From Lepidodermella squamata (taxonomy: Eukaryota; Animalia; Gastrotricha): DNA of 64,000 bases. How positions within the stretch are numbered: position 1 is the first letter of the stretch; every line of letters starts with the position of its first letter. The position numbers were made by a program, and so were the translations under genes. Below the pieces are notes generated by a model. The model ran no database searches. It was not told where the DNA came from and was given only the letters and a program-made list of their open reading frames with translations. Shown here in pieces: positions 25,903 to 36,879 of the stretch. The stretch is from assembly GCA_047495785.1 (NCBI GenBank), contig JBLDXI010000026.1:310001-374000 (forward strand), read 5' to 3'.

Positions 25903-25927
25903 TGAGTCATCATTGTGTTACGTAACA
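25903..25927. promoter_or_regulatory. Candidate bZIP sites (AP-1 TGAGTCA and palindrome TGTTACGTAACA) in a bidirectional promoter
   Basis: Both motifs lie mid-way in the 235-bp gap between the divergent ATGs at 25800 and 26036. Confidence 0.45.
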
Positions 25928-26035
25928 GAGTTCACGCCATGCTTGCTGCTCGCATAACAGCATGGCAGTATTTTTTCAACCATCGTCAAAGTTCACTTTT
26001 TTGCCCTAATTCAATTCTGATATTGAACCTAAAAA

Positions 26036-26907
26036 ATGTTGATTAACTTTCTTTACTGGGTGATGTTTCTGCGAACCGTTATCAATGGAACTCAAACAGG
26101 TAAGACAAGATAATGACCGATTTCGAGAATTTCAAGTCACGATTTTAAACGAAATTAAAAAATTATACTGCTAAATTAAAAAATTTTAATAAGAATTTTG
26201 TCATGATTTTCTAGAATTTTCTTGATTTTTCAAATTTTTCGATGGAATTTTGGAAAATTTCGAAATTCTAAATTATTCAAAATTCTGATCACCTTCCGGC
26301 CTGAAACAATCAAATTTAAGTTTTGGTTTCGCTGGAAGTGGGATTATTTTTCTTAATTATATTCAATTTTAGAAAACCAAGTTTTTGCTAATTTTGAAAA
26401 AAACCAAATTTTTATTATTTTATGTGCAATTTTCTAACCCTTGCAGATGATGGGCACTGTGAACCTTTGCTAACCCCAGCCGAGTTGGTGGCGATTGAAG
26501 CCGATTGGCAGCAAGATTTGGCCAATACAACAACGTCTTACTTTGAAGACGTCAATTCCGAAGGCGCAAGCGAAGACGCGGCCGAACTCGTTGATTTCTA
26601 CCACAACTGGATGTCGAAATGGCTGCGCGAGGAATTTGTCCAACGGAACCGCAAAAACGAGCCGAGTATCCAGCTCGGCGACTGGCGCACGGCGTTCACG
26701 GCCTATTTCGAGCGAACTCGGCCGCAGGTGGAAGAATTTCTGCGGCAAAAGTACATGCGCTACAACGAGGACACGCGGCATATCAAGGCGACGATGGATG
26801 CTTTTGAGGCTATTGCCATACTGCGGATGGAACAAATTGCTGGCAAGTACCCGAAGATTGCTGATGCGAAAAACATCAGCTCATCATGCTCGCAGACTAG
26901 AAAATGA
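26036..26907 (+). CDS. Secreted single-repeat paralog of 24633-25800
   Basis: Exon 1 (26036-26099) encodes MLINFLYWVMFLRTVING; exon 2 starts at 26447: LLTPAEL..IEADW...YF..EDAAELVDFYHNWMSKW..W..AF..YF...PQVEEFLRQKYMRY. Confidence 0.8.
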
Positions 26908-27120
26908 GAAACTTTTTCATTTAATACTAAGTAAACAATCGATTTTGAATTTTTTTACTTATAATAAAAAGGTGTACTCGATATTTCGCCAACGAGCCTT
27001 TCTTTTTTCGTACAAATTTCTAAAAGGACTTGTGAAACCAGGATGTATTTTAACGGAACCAAAGTCAAAATATGACTAAGGCCATTTTTGTAATAATTCT
27101 ACGAATTTTAGGTGCTTCGA

Positions 27121-27295
27121 GGTGCGGCGACAAAACAGCAACTGCGCAGAACAGCAAATGCGACAAAACAGCAAATTATTATTTCGCGACAAAACAGCGA
27201 AAACTTACTATACATTGTGGTTTCTGCTGTTATTTAGCAAGTTGAAAAAGTTGCTGTTATGTCGAGTTTGCTGTTTGCTGTTATGACGGTCTGCC
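27121..27295 (+). mobile_element. MITE family A, copy 3
   Basis: GGTGCGGCGACAAAACAGCAA...TTGCTGTTATGACGGTCTGCC, with the same ends and subrepeats as copies 1 and 2. Confidence 0.7.
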
Positions 27296-28114
27296 GACGA
27301 CGCGTGAGTTCTGCATTGAACACTCCTTCTTATAGAGAATTTTACACTGAAGTTACTGGTGATTTCTTAAGAATTATTGGGGTCAATCTTGACCTGCAAG
27401 AAAGCAAGGATTTCATATGACACTAGAAAATGTGTCTCCGTTACCGCAAATTTGGTTCCAGTTAAAGGAGGACACCCTGTGAAACTTACAAAAGGCGAAA
27501 ATCGAAATGAAGAATCTGATGTCTGATGCATGGTAAACATTCAAGATTGAAGCTTGACTTCGGAAATTACCTGTTGTTAGTTGTTAGCTATCGCATGTTT
27601 TCTAGTAATTTTTAAAATTTTCGTTATATTTCTCGTTCTGAGATTTTCGCATCAGCACAAATGTTCGCATCGTTACAATTCTGACGAAGCTAAAAAGCCA
27701 CAGCTGAATGGCCGTTATCCTGAGCTGATTTGCCGATTTCTTTGAGTCCGCCTCAAGAAATCAGCAAGACATTTTGAAATGGCACATAGGAAAGGGCAAA
27801 ACATAACCGAGCGATATTTCGGGTTCCTGAAGGACTGTTCGAAATTTCAGCAACGGCTGATTTAGCCGAAATTTTCTGCTAAGCTCTCTTTTGCTGTTAT
27901 GTCGCATAGACCAGAACTTTGCACTGCGTAAATAAATCTTCCATTTTCATGTGATGCTTTGAGACTATTTGAATTAAGTAAGCCTCATTTTTACTCTTTT
28001 TCACGTTATGAATTGATTAAACGTGGATTCTGCACTCAGCGTTCAACAAACATGCATTGAAAAACCGTGCACATATTATAGTAGTAGCTGTGATACACAT
28101 TGATGTGAGTAGTC

Positions 28115-29542
28115 ATGAGTGGATACGGCCTCGAGCTGGCAATTTCATTGTCAGGCCTCGCCGCAGTTTTCATACCCATCGCAATCTCCAAGTTCATTAA
28201 AAGCTTCTTGCAACAAAACAAGCTGATCCAAGCCGAAAAGCTGAAATGGCAACAGGACCATACCCTCTACTTCGACAGGGACGTCCGAAGCCAAGCTATC
28301 GAACTCCTAGACCGCGGCGAATTTTCACCCGGCAAAACTGTAAACCTATGCAAAATCGACCGACATTACCTCGGCGTGAGTTACTCCCACTGGTTCCTGA
28401 CCTGCGACGATTACTGCCTGGAATTCGGTTCGGACGAAATCGACCTCGACGAAGCTAGAGTTCAAATCGTGAGAAACCAGTATGAAGACGGCAAGTACCG
28501 AATTGAAAAGATCCAGCAAATCACCGAGGTCATGCATCAACGCATTCGAAGCGTTGTTGGCATGTGCAATTACTCGATGTGTCTCCGCAACTGTGAGCAT
28601 GTCGCTAATTACATTGTCCGTGGCCGATGGATGAGTGCGCAGATGGATGGCGAGAATGGGCTGATGCGATTCTTCAAGGTTCACATTGCCAGCGACATTC
28701 TACGGCGCATCAATTCATTCCCAGCTCAAATCAGGCCGCATTTCTTCGACCCGAACCATGCCCCGAGGAAGGTTTACAGCTTCATCGATGACAACTTCCG
28801 AGCTACTAGGTTTGAGTACTATCTCGACTCGAACCAGGATAAGGATTACAACATCCTTATCGTTGGACCAACCGGCGCTGGAAAGTCTCGTCTTATCAAC
28901 GTGATTTTCAACGAAGAGATTTGCGAGTCGGAGATTAGTTTCGAAAACGTGACCAGGGAGATCTACTTCATCAGAGGTAAGGGCAAAGTCGCTGGGCAAA
29001 AACGAAACATTATCGTGGCTGATACTGTCGGCTTCTGCGACCGTCAGTGGAACAACGAAGAAGTTCTTCGAATGTTACGTGGTCGCATTGGAGCTAATGT
29101 TCGCCATCTGGATGCAGTTTTCATCCTGTGCTCGGCTTCAGACCGACTACCACCTGCGTATTTCGAATCAGTGGGAAATATCCTAGACTGGTTGGGCTAT
29201 CAAAATCGGAAGAATCGTTTCATGTTCCTCGCGACTAAGTCTGATTCGATAAACGATCGGAAGATTGAACAGCTAAAGGACCAATTTCCGAGGCTATTTC
29301 AGGCCGAGAAGAATGCGGCAGATCCTCGGGATGTCAACCAAAGAGCGCTGCGGAGGATCGACGAGTTAGGCGAGCTTCATTTTGTTGGATTCCCCGATGA
29401 AACGGTTTTTGATGGCAATGCGTCGACGAAGCAAAAAGTGCTGCAAAATTGGAAGGATATAAGGGATTTCATTGACGCGGGAAGCGACGAAAGTAACATT
29501 CACGTTCCATCACTGACTGCTGGTTACTGTCCAATTTTGTAG
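28115..29542 (+). CDS. Intronless fusion: N-terminal TM + LRAT/PLAAT-like (H-NC) domain + AIG1/GIMAP-like P-loop GTPase + CaaX
   Basis: YSHWFL and NYSMCLRNCEHVANY (LRAT NCEHF box); GPTGAGKS (G1), VT (G2), DTVG (G3), TKSD (G4); terminal CPIL*. Confidence 0.8.
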   Translation: MSGYGLELAISLSGLAAVFIPIAISKFIKSFLQQNKLIQAEKLKWQQDHTLYFDRDVRSQAIELLDRGEFSPGKTVNLCKIDRHYLGVSYSHWFLTCDDYCLEFGSDEIDLDEARVQIVRNQYEDGKYRIEKIQQITEVMHQRIRSVVGMCNYSMCLRNCEHVANYIVRGRWMSAQMDGENGLMRFFKVHIASDILRRINSFPAQIRPHFFDPNHAPRKVYSFIDDNFRATRFEYYLDSNQDKDYNILIVGPTGAGKSRLINVIFNEEICESEISFENVTREIYFIRGKGKVAGQKRNIIVADTVGFCDRQWNNEEVLRMLRGRIGANVRHLDAVFILCSASDRLPPAYFESVGNILDWLGYQNRKNRFMFLATKSDSINDRKIEQLKDQFPRLFQAEKNAADPRDVNQRALRRIDELGELHFVGFPDETVFDGNASTKQKVLQNWKDIRDFIDAGSDESNIHVPSLTAGYCPIL

Positions 29543-29749
29543 AATGTGATTTTCAGTAAAAACATAATCAAATATAAGTTTCGATTCAGATCATAGGAAG
29601 TCTGTTTTCCGCCATTAAGTTTTCCAGCAATCTAGAGGAACCTTCGAAAGTAATCAACGACAAGAAACGTTACAACTTTTATTTTATGTTAATTGCTGAC
29701 TTCGAATCATCGTCAGAATTGGCGTAGTTCTATGTTCTTGAGTTTGCAC

Positions 29750-32700
29750 TCAATCCGAAAGTATTGCAGGGGCTAGGCCTAATTTACACAGGCTTCGGTA
29801 ATTAACATTCAACAGCAAAGACAACTGCAAAGCCTCAGTGTTTTGATCGGCGTTTTGGCTTACGGTGGAAGGCAATACAAAATGCTTTGTTCCAGTCGTC
29901 GATGAAGGGAGTGAGAAGACATATTGTGCGACCAGAGAGAGAATAGGTATATCATCCTTCAATCTGTTCCAAAATCGGTAGTTTTCATCACATTTGCCGA
30001 TTTCGTTTGTGACTAAGGGCGCTGTGAGGTAGCTACCATTAAGGTATCTAATTTCTTGGGGAAGAACTCTCTGAAGCTGAGACTGGTTAACAGCTGAGTT
30101 GTCTTCGACCCTTCTTTCTGGCAGGCATATGCGTTTAAGCGGCGGCAGCTGGTGGTTGAAACTTTCGGAGTATTTCTCGAATTCAGGCTCCGTTGAAGGA
30201 TAGCGTTCGTCTTGCTGAGATTTAGTCTCCAGCAAGTCTCGAATAGGCAGTCCTTCAATTAGAAGCTTGACATCTTCATCAGTTAAAGCTGAGTATCGTC
30301 GCAGCCGAAAGTCGAAATGGAGAGCTAACAAGTGAATGTCGCTTTCAAAATGACTTCTGAAGCTTTCCTTCAATCCATTGCAAACCAGATCACGTAGAGG
30401 CTAAAATGTGTCTCAAAATAGGTACTTGTGCACAATTTAATTGGGAGAAAACAAACCTTTAATCTGTTTTGAAAATTTCCGCAATTTTGCAAGTTCGCGA
30501 TCGCTTGTCGGACAACAACGAGAACTACGCCGCAATGAGCATCCTGCGTCTCGCAGGCTTCAATGGCATCGATCAACACTTCGATCACATTAGCGAGAGC
30601 TGTAGTCTTATTAATATCCTCTTCTTTGACATCGGGCATTAAATAGGCCTCTTCGGATTTTTTTATAAATCTGATCGCCTGGAAGTCAATAAATTGGCGC
30701 AGGAATTGAAGAAGATAATTCCAGCGATAACTGCGCTCTGAATTACGATGGAACTTGGAGTCATGAGAAGAATCTGTCTTCGTATAATCTTTGGCCATCT
30801 TGACTATCCGTCGAACTTCATCTGAGCTTTTGAATGACTCATAAAAGCTGTTGATCAACAAATGGCAAGGATCTCTGAGCGTTCTTCGGCCGTAGTCGCA
30901 GTTCAATCTTGCAAACGTTTCGTTGGCCAATGAGGAAGGATTCATTTCACTCATGAGTTCATCTAACAGCTCAGTGAAACCGTCTTTGAAATGACTGCGA
31001 GCGTTCGAGATGATTTCGCGGTCTGGGGATAATTTCGATAGATCAAGGCAATCGGAACTCGTCCTTGATGGGTTCGAAGTGATCGCAGCTATGAATATCG
31101 GTTTTTGAGCAGAATCCCCGTTGAAGCTAACTTCTTGCTGAAATCGCTCTACAGCCGCTTTGATTTGACCGAGCAACATGCAGCTGGTGACTTGGTGATA
31201 ATCTATTTCGAAAATTCTAGGAGCAAATCTGATACGCTGAAACGAAGCGTTCATCATGTACTCAACATCGATGGTTTTACGCTATAACAGACCGATCGCA
31301 TACACGCTCAAAAAACTCTGCAGCTTACATAAAAGTATGCAGGGCTACTAGCGCGTATTCGGAGTACTGCGCACTATAAAAAGTACTACGCGCGCGCATA
31401 ATACTATGAAATATACTTGGCCCGCAATTTTGTGGTAAAAAATGAATGCACTGGACAATTGACCGACAAATATACTGAGCTTTTTGTGGATGTTTCCATG
31501 AAATTTTCGGATTACCTGGTGGAGAACAGTCGAGCGTATCCAGAAATTGATAAAAATGCATGTGTAACCGTGGGTTTTCTGCCGTTAGGCGACCTGATAG
31601 CGACCTGAAAGTGCAAAAACCTTGAAAAAATGCACCCACTGGCGTTTTTGGCGGCGCTTCTTCAAGAAGCAGGATGGGTTCAACCACAAGTTTGTCACAT
31701 TCCCTAGTAGAGCACATAAAAGGCTTTGTGGGGAACCAAGAAATAGCTAGTTAATATGGTGGTTATCCACGGCTTTTCAGTCGCTTCCCTCCCGGCTTGC
31801 AAATCAGTGAGAAAATGAAAATTTGGTGTTTTCAGTCGCTCTTATCTCGAAAAAAACCCATGGTTGCACCATAGCTTTTTGTTGTCAAATTGGAGACGGC
31901 GCTGGGAGGAAGGTTTTGACAGGAAAAGCAGCAAGGATCCCCACAGCCTATCCACGACTTTTTCGTCGTGATTAGCACTCACTTCGTCCGACCCAACACC
32001 TCGAAAATGCATGACCTTGCGTCTTTTGGAGCACTGCTGCAGAAACGGAATGGGTTCAACCATAGTTTTGTCAAATTCCCTAGTAGAGCACAACAAGATC
32101 TAACTTGGGAAGAAAGAAGTCCCAGTAAATGTAGTGTTTATCCACTGCTTTTCAGTCTTTTCCCTCCACTTCCGAATCAAGTCCGAATCGAAGGAAAAGT
32201 GAGCATTTAGGATCTTTCATCGCACTCATCTCGAAAAAAACCATGGCAGCACCGTAATTTTTCGTAGTCAAATGGGGGAGGCAATTGAGAAGAAGGTTTT
32301 AAAAGGGAAAAAAGCAAAAACCACCACAACTTATCCACGACTTTTTCGTAATGCTTAGCAATGACATTTCAAGCACAAAATCGAGATTCGGAGCCGTTCT
32401 ATTCTGAAACCGCACAACGCGGAGACTTTATTCCAAGTCTCACAAGTTGATAAAAGTGCCTTCTTCTATAAGGATAACTAATATGCCGGTGATAGCATGA
32501 ATTGGGGTATGCATTCCGGCCTGAACCGTTGCCCTGACCGCGGCAACAAGACGCTCGAGATGCGGACCCATACCATTTAAATCCCTGGTATCTGTGGACT
32601 GACGTAGTACACAGATAGGTTTCCGATTATCCTTCTTGACTCTCATGCTCGCTTGCATCAACTTAAAGAAAATACGGTGGTAAAACCAGTAGATTTTGCT

Positions 32701-35700
32701 AATTACTCCTGCGGAATGCTCTTTGTGAGATGTAAGTAAGTTGGTTTCCCTTTGATTTAGTAGGAGTGGTAAAGGTACCATTTTGGCACTATGGTAGTCT
32801 TCACTTTGTATCAAGAACGCGGACAAGATTTACTAAAATGCCCACAATGGCAGTTTGATTAATTGTTGCGGCCGCGGTTGGCCCTTGGTCTTGGCCTTGA
32901 TCTTGCAACAGCATGAGTGCCTACAACATGCGCCACCGCACCACCGACAACTGGCCTCTTTGTCGAGTTGCGCTGCTGGACTGCCTAGGGATCGGGATAA
33001 CTTTTCCCGTTGGCGCTAAAACGTGATAGAGTGCCATCTAATATGGCTAAAATCCTTGCTTTTGAGTCATTTCACTCAACGGTGCACTTTCCAAACCGCG
33101 GAAAAACCTTGATCCGTCATTTTTCAACTGCGTCAATCGCGTTCTATTGTTGGCGCCGCCCACCGTCAAATTTTTAGCTTCATGTTCAAAGAGCAAAGTA
33201 GCTTGCGTGTGCCTTTAGAATGGGAAGCATAATCTGAGGGGCAGCTGGTTGTATGTAAGTTGGGTAGGTTGCTTTTGGTTAGGACTTAGGACCAGAGGGG
33301 AGACTCCCGTAGCCCGATACCTCCACATCCATCTCCTTGTAGTTCGATGTTGTGAACATGTAAAGCACTGGGGCCCCGCCAAGGCAGGAGATGACGGTCA
33401 CTCGTCACTTTTAAACCAAGACCAAGTCTCCCAATTTGCTGGTAGCTAGCTAGCTAACGCGTGGAGGCTTTCCTAGACGATCGTTTTTCACTCGCCGAGA
33501 GTCCACTTTCAACGACAGCAGGGCGTACGCGACCCGACCCAACATTTGCCGTGAATTACGTTGCCCGCTACCGCCACGGGGAGACTGCCGTTGTCGCTTG
33601 AACAGTAGTAAGGTCTACCATCAAAAGACTCATTTGGGTAATTTAGTTAAGCTCGGTGGATGGAAGGTTTTAGAGAACTAAATCGTTCAGCCAAACCATG
33701 GCTGCAACTCGAAAGCGAGAAAAGTTGCCAGTGGTTATTAGTACGGCCGAGCATGCCCGCTGCAGGATCCAGCCCAAGGGCCAACCGAGGCCGCTACAAT
33801 GAATCAGAGGGCCATTGTAGGCCACTACAGTGATACTTTTCCGACTAACGGTTTTACCACCAAAATCTTGGATACGATGCAAGTTAAAACGGGTGTGGAT
33901 AACTATGATGGGGAACGCATCTTTACCAAGCAGCTAAACGGAAACGAGCAACTGAAATCGGACTAAAATCGGATGACTCCTTACCTCAACCATCTTGTTA
34001 CCGCAGTCTGGGACCGAATGGATAGCAAATCGTGGTAGCACCCGCATATTTGCTATTTTATAAGAAGTATGCGCTTCCTTCAACTTGTTACAAGTGAAAA
34101 AGGGCTCTGCTGTATAAGGTCTCGGAACAGCCCAATTTTGAAACTCGATTTTGAGCTTAAAATGTGATTGCCCATCAGGGCGAAAAAGTCGTGGATAAGT
34201 TGACGTGGTTCTTGCTGTTTTCTCTTTTAAAACCTTCTTCTCAATCTCCTCTCCTTTTTGAATACAAAAACTTATGGTGCAGCCATGGGTTTTTTCAAGA
34301 TAAGTGCCATGAAAGATGAAAATGCTCACTTTCTCTTCGATTCGAACTTGAATCGGATATGGAGGGAAAAGGCTTTTAAACTGTGGATAAAAACCGCATT
34401 TACTGGAAATTTCTTACTTCCTTAGTAAGATCTTGTTGTGCTCTACTAGGGAATTTGACAAAACTATGGTTGAACCCATTCCGTTTCTGCAGCAGTGCTC
34501 CAAAAGACGCAAGGTCATGCAGTTTCGAGGTGTTGGGTCTGACGTAGTGAGTGCTAATCGGGACAAAAAAGTCTTGGACAAGTTGGGGTGGTTCTTGCTG
34601 CTTTCCCTGTCAAAACCTTCCTCCCAGTGCCTTCTCCTATTTGACTACAAAAAGCTACGGTGCAACCAAGGGTTTTTTCGAGATAAGACAGGTTAAAACA
34701 CACCATTTTCACTTTTTCCTCGTTTTGCAAGCCGGGAAGGAAAAGACTTCAAAGCCGTGGATGACAACCATATTAACTGGCTATTTCTTACTTCGCTGAT
34801 AGGCTCTCCATGTGCTCTGCTAGGGAATGTGAAAAAACTGTGGTTGAACCCATTTTGTTCCTCGCAGAAACGCCGCTAAAGGCGCCAGTATTTGCATTTT
34901 TCCAAGGTTTTTGCGCTTTCGGATCGCTATCAGGTCGCCTAACGGCAGAAAACCCACGGTTACACATGCATTTTTATCAATTTCTGGATACGTTCGACTG
35001 TTCTCTACCAGGTAATCCGAAAATTTCATGGTAACATCCACAAAAGCGCATTATATTTGTTGGTCATTTGTCCAGTGCATTCATTATTTTTCACACAGAA
35101 TGCGGGCTATAAGTATATCTTATAATATTATGCGCGCGTAGTACTGTTTATAGTGCGCAGTACTCTGTATAGAGGTTTTTTCTCGCTGGTCGCCTTTAGC
35201 GCAAAATCATCGACATGCAGAACTAGGAAATCGCATCTCCCCGTGCAAGTCCAGATTTCTGGGTATAATGCAAACCCGATACAACCTAAAACATTGGTCA
35301 GTTGAATACATTTCATGGGACGGCATATGTGTCTTACCTGAGGATAGTGAATGAAACGTATTGAATATTCTATCAAGCAGCCGTCGCTGCTCAGCCGTGA
35401 CTTCATCCGCGCTAGGAAGGTTGAGATTAGGTTGGCGACAGGCGACTTGAATCGTGAGAAGATGAAAGTTGAGTGGGTCAGGGCTAACCAGATCTTGTAC
35501 TGGTACCCCATTTACTGCGGACTGAAGGGCTATGCTAGTTAGCAAACTCGGCAGCGTTTCGTTTTGATTTCCGTGATGAGGTTTTCCAGGCAGTAACGCT
35601 CGGCTCTCCTGCACTCGTGACTCATTGATAATCAACTCGGCATGTTCTTTACTCAGATGACGTCGAAGATTAGCGACATTTACAGAGCCATTCGTGTTCA

Positions 35701-35935
35701 GGGCGGCTGTTTTTAGCTTTGCGCATTTGTTGCAGGCGTAAACAGGCGCCCCGGAAGGATTGCAACCTGCCCAAGTAAAATTTGACTCGCAGGTTGGGCA
35801 GGGCATACGAGGAGCAGGCCTGCAAGGGTCGAGGGTAGTCGAGAGAAGGGAATGGCGCCGCTTGATACATAGGCCCATACTCTTATTATTGCTGCTGAAA
35901 TCTGACATTTTTTCGCTTTTCTGAGGGATGAACAT
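29750..35935 (-). pseudogene. Domesticated hAT-derived ZBED-like gene interrupted by a 3.9-kb insertion
   Basis: BED finger CNKC...NLRRHLSKEH; introns at 35337-35286 and ~30457-30402; FALYPEIWT, AITSNPS and C-terminal FW...IPILS.VAQYVFSLPSST (hAT dimerisation). Removing 31269-35212 plus one TSD restores FLVLHVEYMMNASF in frame. Confidence 0.75.
31269..35212. mobile_element. Foldback-type non-autonomous DNA element with ~1-kb imperfect terminal inverted repeats
   Basis: Termini CGATGGTTTTACGCTA and TAGCGCAAAATCATCG; ACAT direct repeat at 31265-68 and 35213-16. Arms ~31269-32350 and ~34185-35212 give mirror ORFs (31325-/34810+, 31842-/34433+, 31417+/34820-). Confidence 0.85.
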
Positions 35936-36879
35936 TCATCACAAGCCTGCGGCTATGTGGCCACACAGACTCTGATGCAGCGCCGCAAAATCAAATCAGC
36001 CAGCATTGAAGCGTTGTGAGAGTAAAATCAATAGATTAAATTAGATCTGCGCATATGCGCTTTGCATAAAAATCAAATTAAATCAAGAAATCTTCGTCTC
36101 ATCTGCAGCTAAAAATTTTGCAGCGAAAACATCAGAAAAGGTTTTACATTCATAATAATAAGGGTTGCGACTTACTGAAATACCAATCATTGAATATTCA
36201 GAATTGGTCAAGTTAACTCGGGACTTACCCAAAGGTATCCCCTCGTCGAGGATCCTATTTCTTACACCGATGACACGTATGCTTTTTTCCCTGGCTAAAA
36301 AAAATAAGTTGAAAATGACGATCGGTTTTTATTTCTGTGCCGATATATTTGACTAGAGTATCCTAAATTCTAAATTATCGGTCATTCGGTAAATTGTTAT
36401 TGTTATGAATATTGAATATTGAATGTACCAAGATTTGTTGTTTTCAACTCATGAGTCTTCCTCGCTTGCTGTGTGACTTGAACGAGCCTGCGAAATTCGA
36501 GTTTAATCACAAATTTTAATGCGCATAACATTTTGGGACAAGCTTTTGCATGTCCATTTTTTCATTATTTGTCCTAATTACCCCTAATCATTTTTCTGAT
36601 TGAATTCGTTATCGAGCGAAAAACGCGTTGCGTGCAGGTAAAAGCGCATTTCCTAGCTAAAATTGTTCGTTGTGCGAATCAAAGCCCTACATTTGGAAAA
36701 TCAATCATCAATGTAAGTTGGTTTGGTTTTTTCGGCGTAGCAGTAATTATGGGACCACGGAATAATTGGGCCACGGAAAAGCTGATTCGTGATTGATTAG
36801 GGAGTCTTCCCGTGAGAGCGGCAAATCTCTACGCTTCATTACCGTCGATTTATTCCTGTTGAACTTGTTTTAAACAGCC

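Noticed and set aside
24645-27079. Overlapping alternative-frame ORFs (24645-25223 +, 26470-26835 -, 26495-27079 +)
   Set aside because: By-products of GC-rich codon usage in the helical-repeat genes.
31325-35041. Mirror-image ORF pairs (MCSTRE..., MLCSTREFDK...)
   Set aside because: They arise from the inverted arms of the foldback element and show no recognisable domains.
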